From Deltaproteobacteria bacterium (GTDB lineage: Bacteria; Myxococcota_A; Polyangia; Fen-1088): 64,000 bases of DNA. Made by a program: the position numbers and the translations under genes. Positions 40,367 through 49,251 of the stretch are shown here, piece after piece (the first letter of the stretch is position 1; each line of letters starts with the position of its first letter). Under the pieces are notes generated by a model. That model was not told where the DNA came from, did not search any database, and worked only from the letters and a program-made list of their open reading frames with translations. Location of the stretch: NCBI GenBank assembly GCA_033763315.1, contig JANRKS010000019.1, positions 448,001 to 512,000 on the forward strand. Direction: 5' to 3'.

Positions 40367-41410
40367 CTAGCGGGCGGGCGTCGTTTCGCTTGCTTGGGTT
40401 TTGGGTGACTCTTGCGCGCTGATGGGCGCCTCGAAATAGCGATCCGCGCGGTCAGGGAAAACGGTGACGATCACGCCTTTTTGGCCGGCCGCATGCAGCT
40501 GCTTGGCCAAGCGAACCGCTCCCGCCAAAGCCGCGCCTGAGGAGTGGCCCACCAAAATGCCGGCCTCGGCGCCCAACCGATCGCTGACGTCCCATGCCTC
40601 ATCCGTTGGCATCGACAGAACGCCTGTGAGCTGGTCGGGGTGATAGATCTCGGGCACAAGTGAGCTCGCCATGTGCTTGAGCCCTTCGAGGCCATGCAAG
40701 GCATCGTCGGGTTCCACTGCCCAAATCTCGACTTTGTTGTTGTGTTCGCGCAGACCGCGGCCGGTGCCCATGATGGTGCCACTCGTGCCAATGCCGGCAA
40801 CGAAATGGGTGACGCGCCCTTGCGTCTGCTCCCAGATCTCTTGCGCGGTGGTGAGGTAGTGGCCACGCGGGTTCGATTCGTTGCCGTACTGGTCGGGATA
40901 GAAGAACTTTTCTGGATGCTCACCCACAAGCCTGCGGCACAAGCGAATCGCGCCGTCTGAGCCCTCGAGTTCCGACGACAGCTCAAGGTGGGTGCCAAAC
41001 GCTTCGGTGATTTTCCGACGCGCCCATGACACGTTGCCAGGCAAAACCAGCGTGATGGAGTAACCCAGGGCCGCACCGATCATTGAATAGGCAATGCCCG
41101 TGTTGCCCGACGAGGCATCGATGAGCGTGCGATCCTTTGTGAGCCGTCCGGCCGTCACGGCGTCGCGAATCATTTGGACGGCGGCACGATCCTTGACCGA
41201 CCCGCCTGGATTCATGAATTCGCACTTGGCCCAGATCTCCACGCCGGGAAAGTCTTTGTCGAACGAGCTGAGCCGCACAAGCGGCGTGTGGCCGATAAGC
41301 TGCGTGACGTCGTCCGCCACGCGCGCACGAGCGCGTTCAACAGCCAGTTCGTCCACGTCGTAGTCGAGCGTGGAAGGTATGGATGACGGTGCGAGGGAAG
41401 TGGTGGCCAT
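40367..41410 (-). CDS. PLP-dependent cysteine synthase family protein (CysM-like)
   Basis: NPGGSVKDR, SSGNTG, GTSGT and HGLEGLKHM; next to the JAMM gene. Confidence 0.88.
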   Translation of the reverse strand: MATTSLAPSSIPSTLDYDVDELAVERARARVADDVTQLIGHTPLVRLSSFDKDFPGVEIWAKCEFMNPGGSVKDRAAVQMIRDAVTAGRLTKDRTLIDASSGNTGIAYSMIGAALGYSITLVLPGNVSWARRKITEAFGTHLELSSELEGSDGAIRLCRRLVGEHPEKFFYPDQYGNESNPRGHYLTTAQEIWEQTQGRVTHFVAGIGTSGTIMGTGRGLREHNNKVEIWAVEPDDALHGLEGLKHMASSLVPEIYHPDQLTGVLSMPTDEAWDVSDRLGAEAGILVGHSSGAALAGAVRLAKQLHAAGQKGVIVTVFPDRADRYFEAPISAQESPKTQASETTPAR

Positions 41411-41435
41411 GGTGACGCGAGGGTGAATGTGAGGC

Positions 41436-42125
41436 TTAAGGAGCGGGCCAAGCGATGTTATGCGTGATTGGATGGTTTTCGCGCGTCGAAAACGGCACGT
41501 TTAGGTGTCGAATGACGCCTGTGGCCGCGGCTTCGGCAGACACACCCGGGCCACGGCCAAGCAAAGACCACAACACTTCGGTTGCGGCCAGGGTGCCCGC
41601 CAACACGTCGGTGCCGTGATCGATGGCAGACACATCCGACTGTGGGTGACTCGGCCCGGGCGGCACGCTGGGAACGTCGCTGTCGGGGCCTCCCGGCGCC
41701 GGTCGGAGGGATAGCAGGTCTAAAGCGCCCGAATCTTTGCGCCACCGGGCCACAACGGCGGGGACGCGCAGGCGTCGGCACGCTTCCACAAAGGAATCGT
41801 CCGCAAAGCTCGCCCGCAGGGCTACATCGCACCCGGCAAGCGCCGCAGCCCACGCCGATCCCGCTGAGGCGACTTTGACTTCGTCAAAGCGTGCAGCCGG
41901 GGCAAGCGCCGCCAGCGATGAGGCGTCCGCCGCGGCTGGCAGCAGCACCCGGAAGGCCCGCACGCCCGCGCACGCCAAATAAAGCGTGGCCGTCTCAAGG
42001 GCCAATGTGCCCTCGGCGTCCACAACCAACGCCACCGTTGCGTCCAAAATGCGTTGCTGGCCCCTGGATCCCACTTCGGGAAGGGCCACATGACGGATGA
42101 AACGGCGGGCGTCGGCGAAATCCAT
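41436..42125 (-). CDS. Degenerate ThiF/MoeB-fold protein, predicted catalytically inactive
   Basis: Keeps RFIRHVALPEVGSRGQQRI, YLACAGV and GTLAATE; lacks GxGxxG, the SNLxRQ loop and CxxC pairs. Confidence 0.7.
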   Translation of the reverse strand: MDFADARRFIRHVALPEVGSRGQQRILDATVALVVDAEGTLALETATLYLACAGVRAFRVLLPAAADASSLAALAPAARFDEVKVASAGSAWAAALAGCDVALRASFADDSFVEACRRLRVPAVVARWRKDSGALDLLSLRPAPGGPDSDVPSVPPGPSHPQSDVSAIDHGTDVLAGTLAATEVLWSLLGRGPGVSAEAAATGVIRHLNVPFSTRENHPITHNIAWPAP

Positions 42126-42182
42126 GGCAAGCACAAGCCGCCAACCTACTTTGCCGGGCGGGGCAGAGCAGGGGCTTTGGTA

Positions 42183-42458
42183 TTAGCGGCCGCCAGCGAT
42201 CGCGGGAACGATCGAGATTTCGTCGCTGTCTTTCACAGCGGTTTCAAGATTCTGTTGAAAGCGAATGTCTTCGTCGTTGGCGAAAATATTCACGAAGCGA
42301 CGCACTTTGCCTTGGTCGTCGCAAATGCGTTCTTTGATGCCGGGGTATTGCGTTTCAAGCGACGCAATCACCTGCGCGATGTTGGCGCCGCTGGCCTGGA
42401 CTTCCTCAAGACCGTTCGTGAGCTTGCGAAGTGGTGTGGGAATGCGGACGGTGGCCAT
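42183..42458 (-). CDS. Ubiquitin-like sulfur carrier (MoaD/ThiS/CysO family) ending in GG-R
   Basis: VRIPTPLR...FVNIF..DEDIRF...SIVPAIAGGR. Confidence 0.92.
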   Translation of the reverse strand: MATVRIPTPLRKLTNGLEEVQASGANIAQVIASLETQYPGIKERICDDQGKVRRFVNIFANDEDIRFQQNLETAVKDSDEISIVPAIAGGR

Positions 42459-42515
42459 GGAAGATGTCTCCTTAGTGTTTTCAGACGAGATGTGATGAGC
42501 AGGCGGTGCCAGAGG

Positions 42516-43817
42516 TTACGAGACGTAACCGGTAAAGGCCCCGGAACCAACCAATTGATCGAAGTCGCCCAACTTGGGGCCGATGAGGCTGGGCTTCCGC
42601 ACGCGGTCAACCAGCGGATCTTGCGTTTTGAGGCCTTGGCCTGTGATGGACAAAACCACCGGACCATCGTTGGAACCAATGCGGCCTTGTTGCACCAATT
42701 TTTTGGCGGCACCCAAAGTCACGCCGCCTGCCGTTTCGGTGAAAATGCCCTCGTTTTCCGCCAGAGCCAAGATGGCTTCGCAAATATCGTCATCGTTGGG
42801 CAACGCGGCGAAACCGCCTGAACCCAGCATTGACTGGCGGGCGTAGATGGCGTCGGCAGGGTTGCCGATGGCCAAGCTTTTGGCGATCGTTTGCGGGGTT
42901 TTCACCGGCTTTACGTAATCACGCTCCTCCACAACCATCGACGCGATCGGGCCGCAGCCGGCCGCTTGTGCGCCGTGGATCTTGGTGGCGCGTGATTCCA
43001 CAAAGCCAAGCTTCGTGAATTCCTTGAACGCCTTATCGATCTTGGTGATGAGCGAGCCACCGGCCATGGGCACAACCACGTGCGCCGGCACTTTCCAGCC
43101 CAGTTGCTCGGCGATTTCATAGCCAAATGCCTTTGAGCCTTCGGCGTAAAACGGCCGCAAGTTCACGTTCACGAAGCCCCAACCGTACTTGCCCGCGATC
43201 TCGGAGCACAAGCGGTTGACGTCATCGTAAGTGCCGTTGACGCCCACGACGCGCGCGCCGTAAACGCTGGTGGCCAGAACCTTTGCAGGTTCGAGGTCGT
43301 GCGGAATCAAAATGACGGCGGGCATACCCACGGACGCCGCTTGCGACGCGGTGGCATTCGCCAGGTTGCCTGTGCTGGCGCACGCCACAACCTTGATACC
43401 GAATTCGCGTGCCTTGCTGATCGCCACAGACACCACGCGGTCCTTGAAAGACAGGGTGGGGTAGCTAACCGAATCGTTCTTAAGCCACAGCTCTTTGACG
43501 CCCAGCCATTTGGCCAAGCGATCGGCCTTCACAAGCGGGGTCATTCCGGTTTGCGCACCCACCGAGGGTGGGCCATCAAGCGGCAACAGCTCAGCGTAAC
43601 GCCACATCGAGTTCATGCGGTTCTCGATCGCTTTGCGCGTGAGCGACTTCGCGATGGCCTCGTAGTCGTAGGCGATTTCCAATGGCCCAAAGCAGAACTC
43701 ACACACGTGAATCGGTTGCTTCGGGTACTCGCTGCCGCACTCGCGGCACTTCATGGCTTTGACGAAAGACACTTCGCTTTGGTTCTTGCTGAGGTTATGG
43801 GCTGACACGGCGTTCAT
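42516..43817 (-). CDS. Threonine-synthase-like PLP enzyme, sulfur-carrier-associated subfamily
   Basis: N-terminal CRECG...CEFCFGPLE, PLP lysine SFKDR, ASTGN and TIAKSLAIGNP; directly upstream of the carrier. Confidence 0.88.
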   Translation of the reverse strand: MNAVSAHNLSKNQSEVSFVKAMKCRECGSEYPKQPIHVCEFCFGPLEIAYDYEAIAKSLTRKAIENRMNSMWRYAELLPLDGPPSVGAQTGMTPLVKADRLAKWLGVKELWLKNDSVSYPTLSFKDRVVSVAISKAREFGIKVVACASTGNLANATASQAASVGMPAVILIPHDLEPAKVLATSVYGARVVGVNGTYDDVNRLCSEIAGKYGWGFVNVNLRPFYAEGSKAFGYEIAEQLGWKVPAHVVVPMAGGSLITKIDKAFKEFTKLGFVESRATKIHGAQAAGCGPIASMVVEERDYVKPVKTPQTIAKSLAIGNPADAIYARQSMLGSGGFAALPNDDDICEAILALAENEGIFTETAGGVTLGAAKKLVQQGRIGSNDGPVVLSITGQGLKTQDPLVDRVRKPSLIGPKLGDFDQLVGSGAFTGYVS

Positions 43818-44578
43818 GGGTTCTCGCTCCGACGGTGCAAGGGCTGGCAGGCCGGGGCGCCGTAGGCCCGAGCGTCCAAGCCGGTGATCGCAGGCGCATC
43901 ACCACACACCCGACAAGCGGGATTGCGGCGGAAGGTGATGGTGCGCATGGTCATGGCGGGCGAATCATAGCGGATGAGACGGCCGGAAAAGGCTGGTGTC
44001 TTACCACAAAGTAAACGAATCGCCTCGTTCGCTTGTGCAGATCCCAAAACCCCCGGCACGGGTCCCAAAACGCCCGCTTCGGCGCAGTTGGGCGCGTCGG
44101 CGCCAGAAGGTAGCTCCTCGAACAGGCACCGGTAACAAGGTCGCCCCCCCGCTGGCACCGTGATGAGCTGGCCCATCGTGCCCACAGCTGCGGCGTGCAC
44201 AAAGGCTTTGCCCCCAAGCACGCACGCATCGTTGACCAAGAACTTGGTTTCCAGGTTGTCGGAGCCGTCCAGAACCACGTCGTGCGCGGCGACCAACGCG
44301 GCGGCGTTCAGGGTTGAAAAACGTTCACGGCGCGGCGTGACCGCGGTTTGCGGAAAACGCTTGCGTAAAAAACCGGCGATGGAATCCACTTTGGGATGGC
44401 CGATGAACGCGTCCGTGTGAAGCACCTGGCGGTGCAGGTTCGACTCATCGACCAAGTCGTCATCCAGCACTGTAAGTTCCGCCAGGCCGGCGGCGACCAA
44501 CGTTAAGGCTGCGCCACAGCCCAAACCACCAGCGCCAATTAACAACACCCGGCCGGGCAACAACGCAGAAGCACTCAC
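43814..44578 (-). CDS. MoeB/ThiF E1-like adenylyltransferase lacking the N-terminal helix and with no rhodanese domain
   Basis: GAGGLG, DDDLVDESNLHRQ, DGSDN, CYRC, CAEAGV and CRVC; GTG at 44578 overlaps the cysK stop (GTGA). Confidence 0.9.
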   Translation of the reverse strand: MSASALLPGRVLLIGAGGLGCGAALTLVAAGLAELTVLDDDLVDESNLHRQVLHTDAFIGHPKVDSIAGFLRKRFPQTAVTPRRERFSTLNAAALVAAHDVVLDGSDNLETKFLVNDACVLGGKAFVHAAAVGTMGQLITVPAGGRPCYRCLFEELPSGADAPNCAEAGVLGPVPGVLGSAQANEAIRLLCGKTPAFSGRLIRYDSPAMTMRTITFRRNPACRVCGDAPAITGLDARAYGAPACQPLHRRSENP

Positions 44579-45564
44579 GAGCGGGAACCCGGCTCCGCCA
44601 GACCCGGGAACTGTTTGGCGAACGCTTCGTCGGTGCTGAAGTAACGTTCCCCGGTGTCGCACAAAACAGTGACCACCGTTTTGCCTGGACCAAGCGCGGC
44701 CGCCACTTCCAAAGCCACCTTCACTGACGCGCCAGCCGAGATGCCCACCAGCAAGCCTTCTTTGCGGGCCAACGCCAACTTGGTGCGTTGCGCGTCTTCC
44801 TCGGTCACGCGACGAACGTCCGACAACAAACTGCGATCCAGAATGTCTGGAACGAAGCCAGCGCCGATGCCGTCGATGCGGTGTTCGCCGGGCAGTCCGC
44901 CCGATAGCACGGGGCTGCGATCGGGTTCGACGGCGATCAACAACACGTTGGGGTTTGCCCTGCGAAACGCCTGACCCACGCCGGTGATCGTGCCGCCCGT
45001 GCCAACGCCGGCCACGAACGCATCAGGCTTGCGGCCGTCCAACGTTTGCAGCTGCGCCAAGATCTCCGGCCCGGTGGTGTGCCTGTGGGCCGCCGGGTTG
45101 GCTGGGTTCTTGAATTGTTGCAACATGACGAACGAAGGGTTTTCTTCGCATAGCTCAAGAGCCTTGCGAACGGCGCCGTTCATCACGTCAGCGGCGGGCG
45201 TGAGATGCAGTTCCGCGCCATAGGCCTTCAACAACATGCGACGCTCGAGCGACATGTTGTCGGGCATCGTGAGGATGAGCCGGTAGCCTTTGACGGCGCA
45301 CACCAACGCCAGGCCCACGCCCGTGTTGCCAGAGGTGGGCTCGACCAACACCGTCTTACCAGGCACCAAGCGTCCCTCGCGTTCGGCGGTTTCGATCATG
45401 GAAAGCGCGACGCGATCTTTAACGCTGCCACCAGGGTTGAAATGCTCGCACTTGGCGAACACATCCGCCGACGCTGCGCCGGGCAGATTTCGCAAGCGCA
45501 CAAGCGGGGTGCCGCCGATCAGCGCCAGCATGTTGCGAACCACAGGAAGGTCAGGGCGGGACAC
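44575..45564 (-). CDS. cysK: Cysteine synthase A
   Basis: NPGGSVKDR, EPTSGNTG, GTGGT, HRIDGIGAGFVP and DTGERYFST. Confidence 0.93.
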   Translation of the reverse strand: MSRPDLPVVRNMLALIGGTPLVRLRNLPGAASADVFAKCEHFNPGGSVKDRVALSMIETAEREGRLVPGKTVLVEPTSGNTGVGLALVCAVKGYRLILTMPDNMSLERRMLLKAYGAELHLTPAADVMNGAVRKALELCEENPSFVMLQQFKNPANPAAHRHTTGPEILAQLQTLDGRKPDAFVAGVGTGGTITGVGQAFRRANPNVLLIAVEPDRSPVLSGGLPGEHRIDGIGAGFVPDILDRSLLSDVRRVTEEDAQRTKLALARKEGLLVGISAGASVKVALEVAAALGPGKTVVTVLCDTGERYFSTDEAFAKQFPGLAEPGSRS

Positions 45565-45565
45565 G

Positions 45566-45925
45566 TTAAGGCCTTTCGCCGATGTCTACGATGCTGCACG
45601 CATTGATGGGGTCAAGTCCCAGCTTCTCAGCTTCAGCGATGAGGGCGTCGCTTTCCGCGCCGGGGTTCACCCAAAATTCCTTGGGGGCCTTGTCACGAAT
45701 GGCAGGCAGCAACGCCAAGCCGACGGCCGGGGGCACATAAAGCGAGATGCGGTCGATGGCTTCGCTGATGTCTTCCAAACGCCTGACCACGGGCAGCCCT
45801 TCAATCGTTTCTTCGCTTGGGTTCACCGGGATCACTTTCCAACCCTGGCGTTGGTAAGCACGAACGGCTTTGTTGCCGAACTTCTTCGGATCATTTGAAG
45901 CGCCCACAACCACGACGGTAGGCAC
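45566..45925 (-). CDS. CoA-binding domain protein (YccU-like)
   Basis: VVGASNDPKKFG...VIPVNP...WVNPGAE...C; GTG at 45925 just after the upstream stop. Confidence 0.85.
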   Translation of the reverse strand: MPTVVVVGASNDPKKFGNKAVRAYQRQGWKVIPVNPSEETIEGLPVVRRLEDISEAIDRISLYVPPAVGLALLPAIRDKAPKEFWVNPGAESDALIAEAEKLGLDPINACSIVDIGERP

Positions 45926-45926
45926 C

Positions 45927-46262
45927 TTACAGGCCTTCCGTTTCGGCGGCCGTGCGGCCGCACTCTGAACATCGGCCTTGAGCGTCCAGCAGGCCAGTGC
46001 AGGCGCCATCAGGACACAAGCGGCGGCTTGGATCCAGGCCGGACAGCTCTGACGAATCGTCGGCGGAAGCGGAAAACACAACCTCCCCCGCCTCAGGCGC
46101 AAGATTCGTCTCGGGCCCGAGCGAGGCCACGGTGGGTGCATTCACAAACGTTCGGCGGCATTCGGCGCACCAGCCGGATTCGTCCAACACGCCCGTGCAG
46201 GCACCATCCGGACACAGCCGGCGGGTGGTCGGATCAAACGCGGTCTCTTCGGTCGCACTCAT
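45927..46262 (-). CDS. Small protein with two tandem Cys4 (zinc-ribbon-like) motifs
   Basis: RRLCPDGACTGVLDESGWCAEC and RRLCPDGACTGLLDAQGRCSEC; abuts the next gene. Confidence 0.7.
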   Translation of the reverse strand: MSATEETAFDPTTRRLCPDGACTGVLDESGWCAECRRTFVNAPTVASLGPETNLAPEAGEVVFSASADDSSELSGLDPSRRLCPDGACTGLLDAQGRCSECGRTAAETEGL

Positions 46263-46361
46263 GGGTGTGGCAAATCCAAACAATCAAGGAAAACATTCAG
46301 GAAAGCGAGGCCCAGGCTTTGAAAGCCGCCCCGGAACAAGGCATATAGTGACGCACTCGCC

Positions 46362-47585
46362 ATGTCCACTCCATCGTCAACGTCATCAGGCAGGTTTGGG
46401 CCCTTCGGGGGCCGTTATGTGTCGGAAACACTGATTCCGTCACTCGACGAATTGACGGCGGCTTGGGAGCGCGAGTCAAAGAACCCTGAGTTTCTGGCTG
46501 AAGTGGACCGGCTGCTCAAGGACTACGTGGGCCGCCCAACGCCGCTTTCACGTGCGGATCGCTTGGCTGCTGACCTGCTCAAGGAAACCGGCAAGCGTGT
46601 GCGGCTTTACCTAAAGCGCGAGGACTTGTGCCACACGGGCGCGCACAAGATCAACAACACCATCGGCCAAGTGCTGCTGGCAAAGCGGATGGGAAAAACG
46701 CGCATCATCGCCGAGACGGGCGCGGGCCAGCACGGCGTTGCCACGGCCACGGCGTGTGCTTTGTTCGGAATGCCGTGTGAGGTCTACATGGGCGCGGTGG
46801 ACGTGGAGCGACAAGCGCTCAACGTGTTCCGCATGAAGCTGCTGGGCGCCAAAGTTCACGCCGTCACAGGCGGAACGGCCACACTTAAAGACGCCATGAA
46901 CGAGGCCCTGCGCGACTGGGTCACGAACGTGCGCGACACCTACTACGTGATCGGTTCGGTGGCGGGGCCGCACCCGTACCCGACGCTGGTGCGCGATCTC
47001 CAGGCCGTGATCGGCCGTGAGGCGCGCGCGCAGGTACTGGAAGCCACAGGCCAACTGCCTGATGCGGCCGTGGCTTGCGTGGGCGGCGGCTCGAACGCTA
47101 TGGGCTTGTTCCACGCGTTTGTTCCGGATGCCACGGTTCAGCTTTTCGGCGTCGAAGCGGCGGGCGACGGCGTGAACACGGGGCGGCACGCGGCCACGCT
47201 CACGGCGGGCAAAGTGGGCGTGTTGCACGGGTCGAAATCCTACGTTTTGTGCGACGACGAAGGCCAAATCGCCGAAGCGCATTCAATTTCAGCGGGCTTG
47301 GATTACCCAGGCGTGGGGCCCGAGCACTCGTATCTGAAAGACACGGGCCGGGCGAAATACGTTTCTGTCACCGACACAGAGGCGCTGGCGGGCCTGCAAC
47401 GTTTGGGGCGCAACGAAGGCATCTTGTGCGCGCTCGAAACCGCGCACGCTGTGGCAGCGCTGCCGCAAGTGCTGGCGCAGTTGCCTGACAACGCGGTGGT
47501 GGTTGTGAACATCTCGGGCCGCGGCGACAAAGACATGGGGCACGTGGCCAAGGCGTTGGGCGTTGAGCTGGGAGGCAAAGCTTAA
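46362..47585 (+). CDS. trpB: Tryptophan synthase beta subunit
   Basis: [30 protein letters not shown] and [14 protein letters not shown]. Confidence 0.98.
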   Translation: MSTPSSTSSGRFGPFGGRYVSETLIPSLDELTAAWERESKNPEFLAEVDRLLKDYVGRPTPLSRADRLAADLLKETGKRVRLYLKREDLCHTGAHKINNTIGQVLLAKRMGKTRIIAETGAGQHGVATATACALFGMPCEVYMGAVDVERQALNVFRMKLLGAKVHAVTGGTATLKDAMNEALRDWVTNVRDTYYVIGSVAGPHPYPTLVRDLQAVIGREARAQVLEATGQLPDAAVACVGGGSNAMGLFHAFVPDATVQLFGVEAAGDGVNTGRHAATLTAGKVGVLHGSKSYVLCDDEGQIAEAHSISAGLDYPGVGPEHSYLKDTGRAKYVSVTDTEALAGLQRLGRNEGILCALETAHAVAALPQVLAQLPDNAVVVVNISGRGDKDMGHVAKALGVELGGKA

Positions 47586-48398
47586 ATGGCCGCTGCTTCG
47601 ACACGCATTGCCCAAGCGTTCGCGAAGGCCACCGCCGAAGGCCGCAAGGCGCTGGTCATTTACCTTACCGCCGGTGATCCCAACATCGAAACCAGCTTCG
47701 AGCTCATCCTGGCTGCGGCGGATGCCGGCATGGATGTGCTTGAGCTCGGCATTCCGTGGAGCGATCCCTCAGCCGATGGTTTGGCGATTCAAGGCGCCAT
47801 GCAACGGGCTCTGGAGGCGGGCGGCGGAATGTCCGCGGCCCTGAAGCTATGTAGACGGTTGCGTGAGGCGCGCCCCGCGCTGCCGATTGTTCTGTTCGGT
47901 TATGCGAACCCCATCGTCGTCAAAGGCTGTGCTGCCTTCGCGAAGGCGGCGCGCGAGGCCGGGGCCGACGCCGTGTTGTGCGTGGACTGGCCGGCCGATG
48001 AGGATCGCGAGCTGCCGAACGCCCTGGCGGCCGAAGGTCTGGCGTTTGTGCCCCTGTTGGCACCCACGTCCACGCCCGATCGTGTGCGGGCGGCGTTAGA
48101 CGTGGCCGGCGGTTTCGTTTATTACGTTTCGCTCACCGGCATCACGGGCGCCAAGCTCACGGATTTCTCCGGCCCTGCGGCGCACGTGGCCCAAATCCGC
48201 GCGGCCGCCGAAAACCGCTTGCCCGTCGTGGTGGGCTTCGGCATCGCGACCGCCGCCGATGTCAAGACGGTGGCTGCCTTCGCGGACGGGGTCGTGGTGG
48301 GCAGCGCCGCCGTGCGGGTCATCGAGACGACGCCCAAAGATGGGGTTTCCAAGGCCTTGTCCACAATGATTGGCGGATTGGCCGCCGGCTTAAAATAG
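47586..48398 (+). CDS. trpA: Tryptophan synthase alpha subunit
   Basis: YLTAGDP, ELGIPWSDPSADG, LLAPTS, VGFGI and GVVVGSA. Confidence 0.97.
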   Translation: MAAASTRIAQAFAKATAEGRKALVIYLTAGDPNIETSFELILAAADAGMDVLELGIPWSDPSADGLAIQGAMQRALEAGGGMSAALKLCRRLREARPALPIVLFGYANPIVVKGCAAFAKAAREAGADAVLCVDWPADEDRELPNALAAEGLAFVPLLAPTSTPDRVRAALDVAGGFVYYVSLTGITGAKLTDFSGPAAHVAQIRAAAENRLPVVVGFGIATAADVKTVAAFADGVVVGSAAVRVIETTPKDGVSKALSTMIGGLAAGLK

Positions 48399-48418
48399 CG
48401 GCGTTCGCTTGCCGGGCT

Positions 48419-48748
48419 TCAATCCTCAAGCGGGCCCACGCGCGTTCGTATGTCCGTGACCAGGGGCTCGCCCAGGTCGGCAAGCATGCGTTCCATCAAC
48501 GTTCGTTTGCACATCGTAAGCTCTTGCGCCAAGGCCGAGCTTTCCAAGCGCACGATGAGCGTTCCCTCTTTAAGCCGCTCGGGGCGTGAGTGTTTCGAAA
48601 GCTGCGCCCCTGCGGCGGCGTCGTAAGCCATGAACACGCGTTGCTCCACGCTGCGTGCGGCCCCGCCCAGGCGCGCCACAACTTGCGGCAGCAGGTCCGC
48701 GAAGGTTTGCGGAACTGTGTGGCTTGGCCTTCGCGTGGGGCGCTTCAT
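48419..48748 (-). CDS. DUF721/DciA family protein
   Basis: W-like helix then HSRPERLKEGTLIV...SALAQEL...VTDIRTRVG pattern. Confidence 0.7.
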   Translation of the reverse strand: MKRPTRRPSHTVPQTFADLLPQVVARLGGAARSVEQRVFMAYDAAAGAQLSKHSRPERLKEGTLIVRLESSALAQELTMCKRTLMERMLADLGEPLVTDIRTRVGPLED

Positions 48749-48858
48749 GGCTTCGCTCTTACGGCCGCGGCGCGAGGGAAGCAAGCTGTTTTGGACGCAC
48801 CCCTAACGTTGTTCTTTCGCGCCCGTTTCACGCATGTGATCGGCTATCATCCGCACCC

Positions 48859-49251
48859 ATGTCCCACCAATCCATCTCCACGCCTTCAGCCCCAAGCGCG
48901 ATTGGTCCCTACGTGCAAGCGAAGGTGGCGCTGGGCTCGCGCATGGTGTTCTGCTCGGGCCAAATCCCGTTGGACCCGGCTTCGGGCGCCTTTGTGGGCG
49001 AGGGCGACGTTTCGGCGCAAACGCACAGGGTGCTGCAAAACTTAGGCGCGGTGTTGGAGGCGGCGGGGGTGGGTTTCAGCGAAGTCGTCAAGACCACTAT
49101 CTTCTTGGTGGATATGGCTGACTTCGCAGTGGTGAACCAAGTTTACGCCACGTATTTCACGGGCGAATTTCCAGCCCGTGCAACGGTGGCCGTGGCCGCG
49201 TTGCCGCGAGGCGCGCGTGTTGAGATCGAAGCCATTGCGATTGCGGCTTAG
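48859..49251 (+). CDS. ridA: RidA family enamine/imine deaminase
   Basis: APSAIGPY.QA, SGQIPLDP, VVKTTIFL, PARATV and VEIEAIA. Confidence 0.92.
   Translation: MSHQSISTPSAPSAIGPYVQAKVALGSRMVFCSGQIPLDPASGAFVGEGDVSAQTHRVLQNLGAVLEAAGVGFSEVVKTTIFLVDMADFAVVNQVYATYFTGEFPARATVAVAALPRGARVEIEAIAIAA

Noticed and set aside
46263-46361. SAM riboswitch or trp attenuator between the sulfur operon and trpB
   Set aside because: Only about 100 bp, with no recognisable SAM-I core, leader peptide or terminator.
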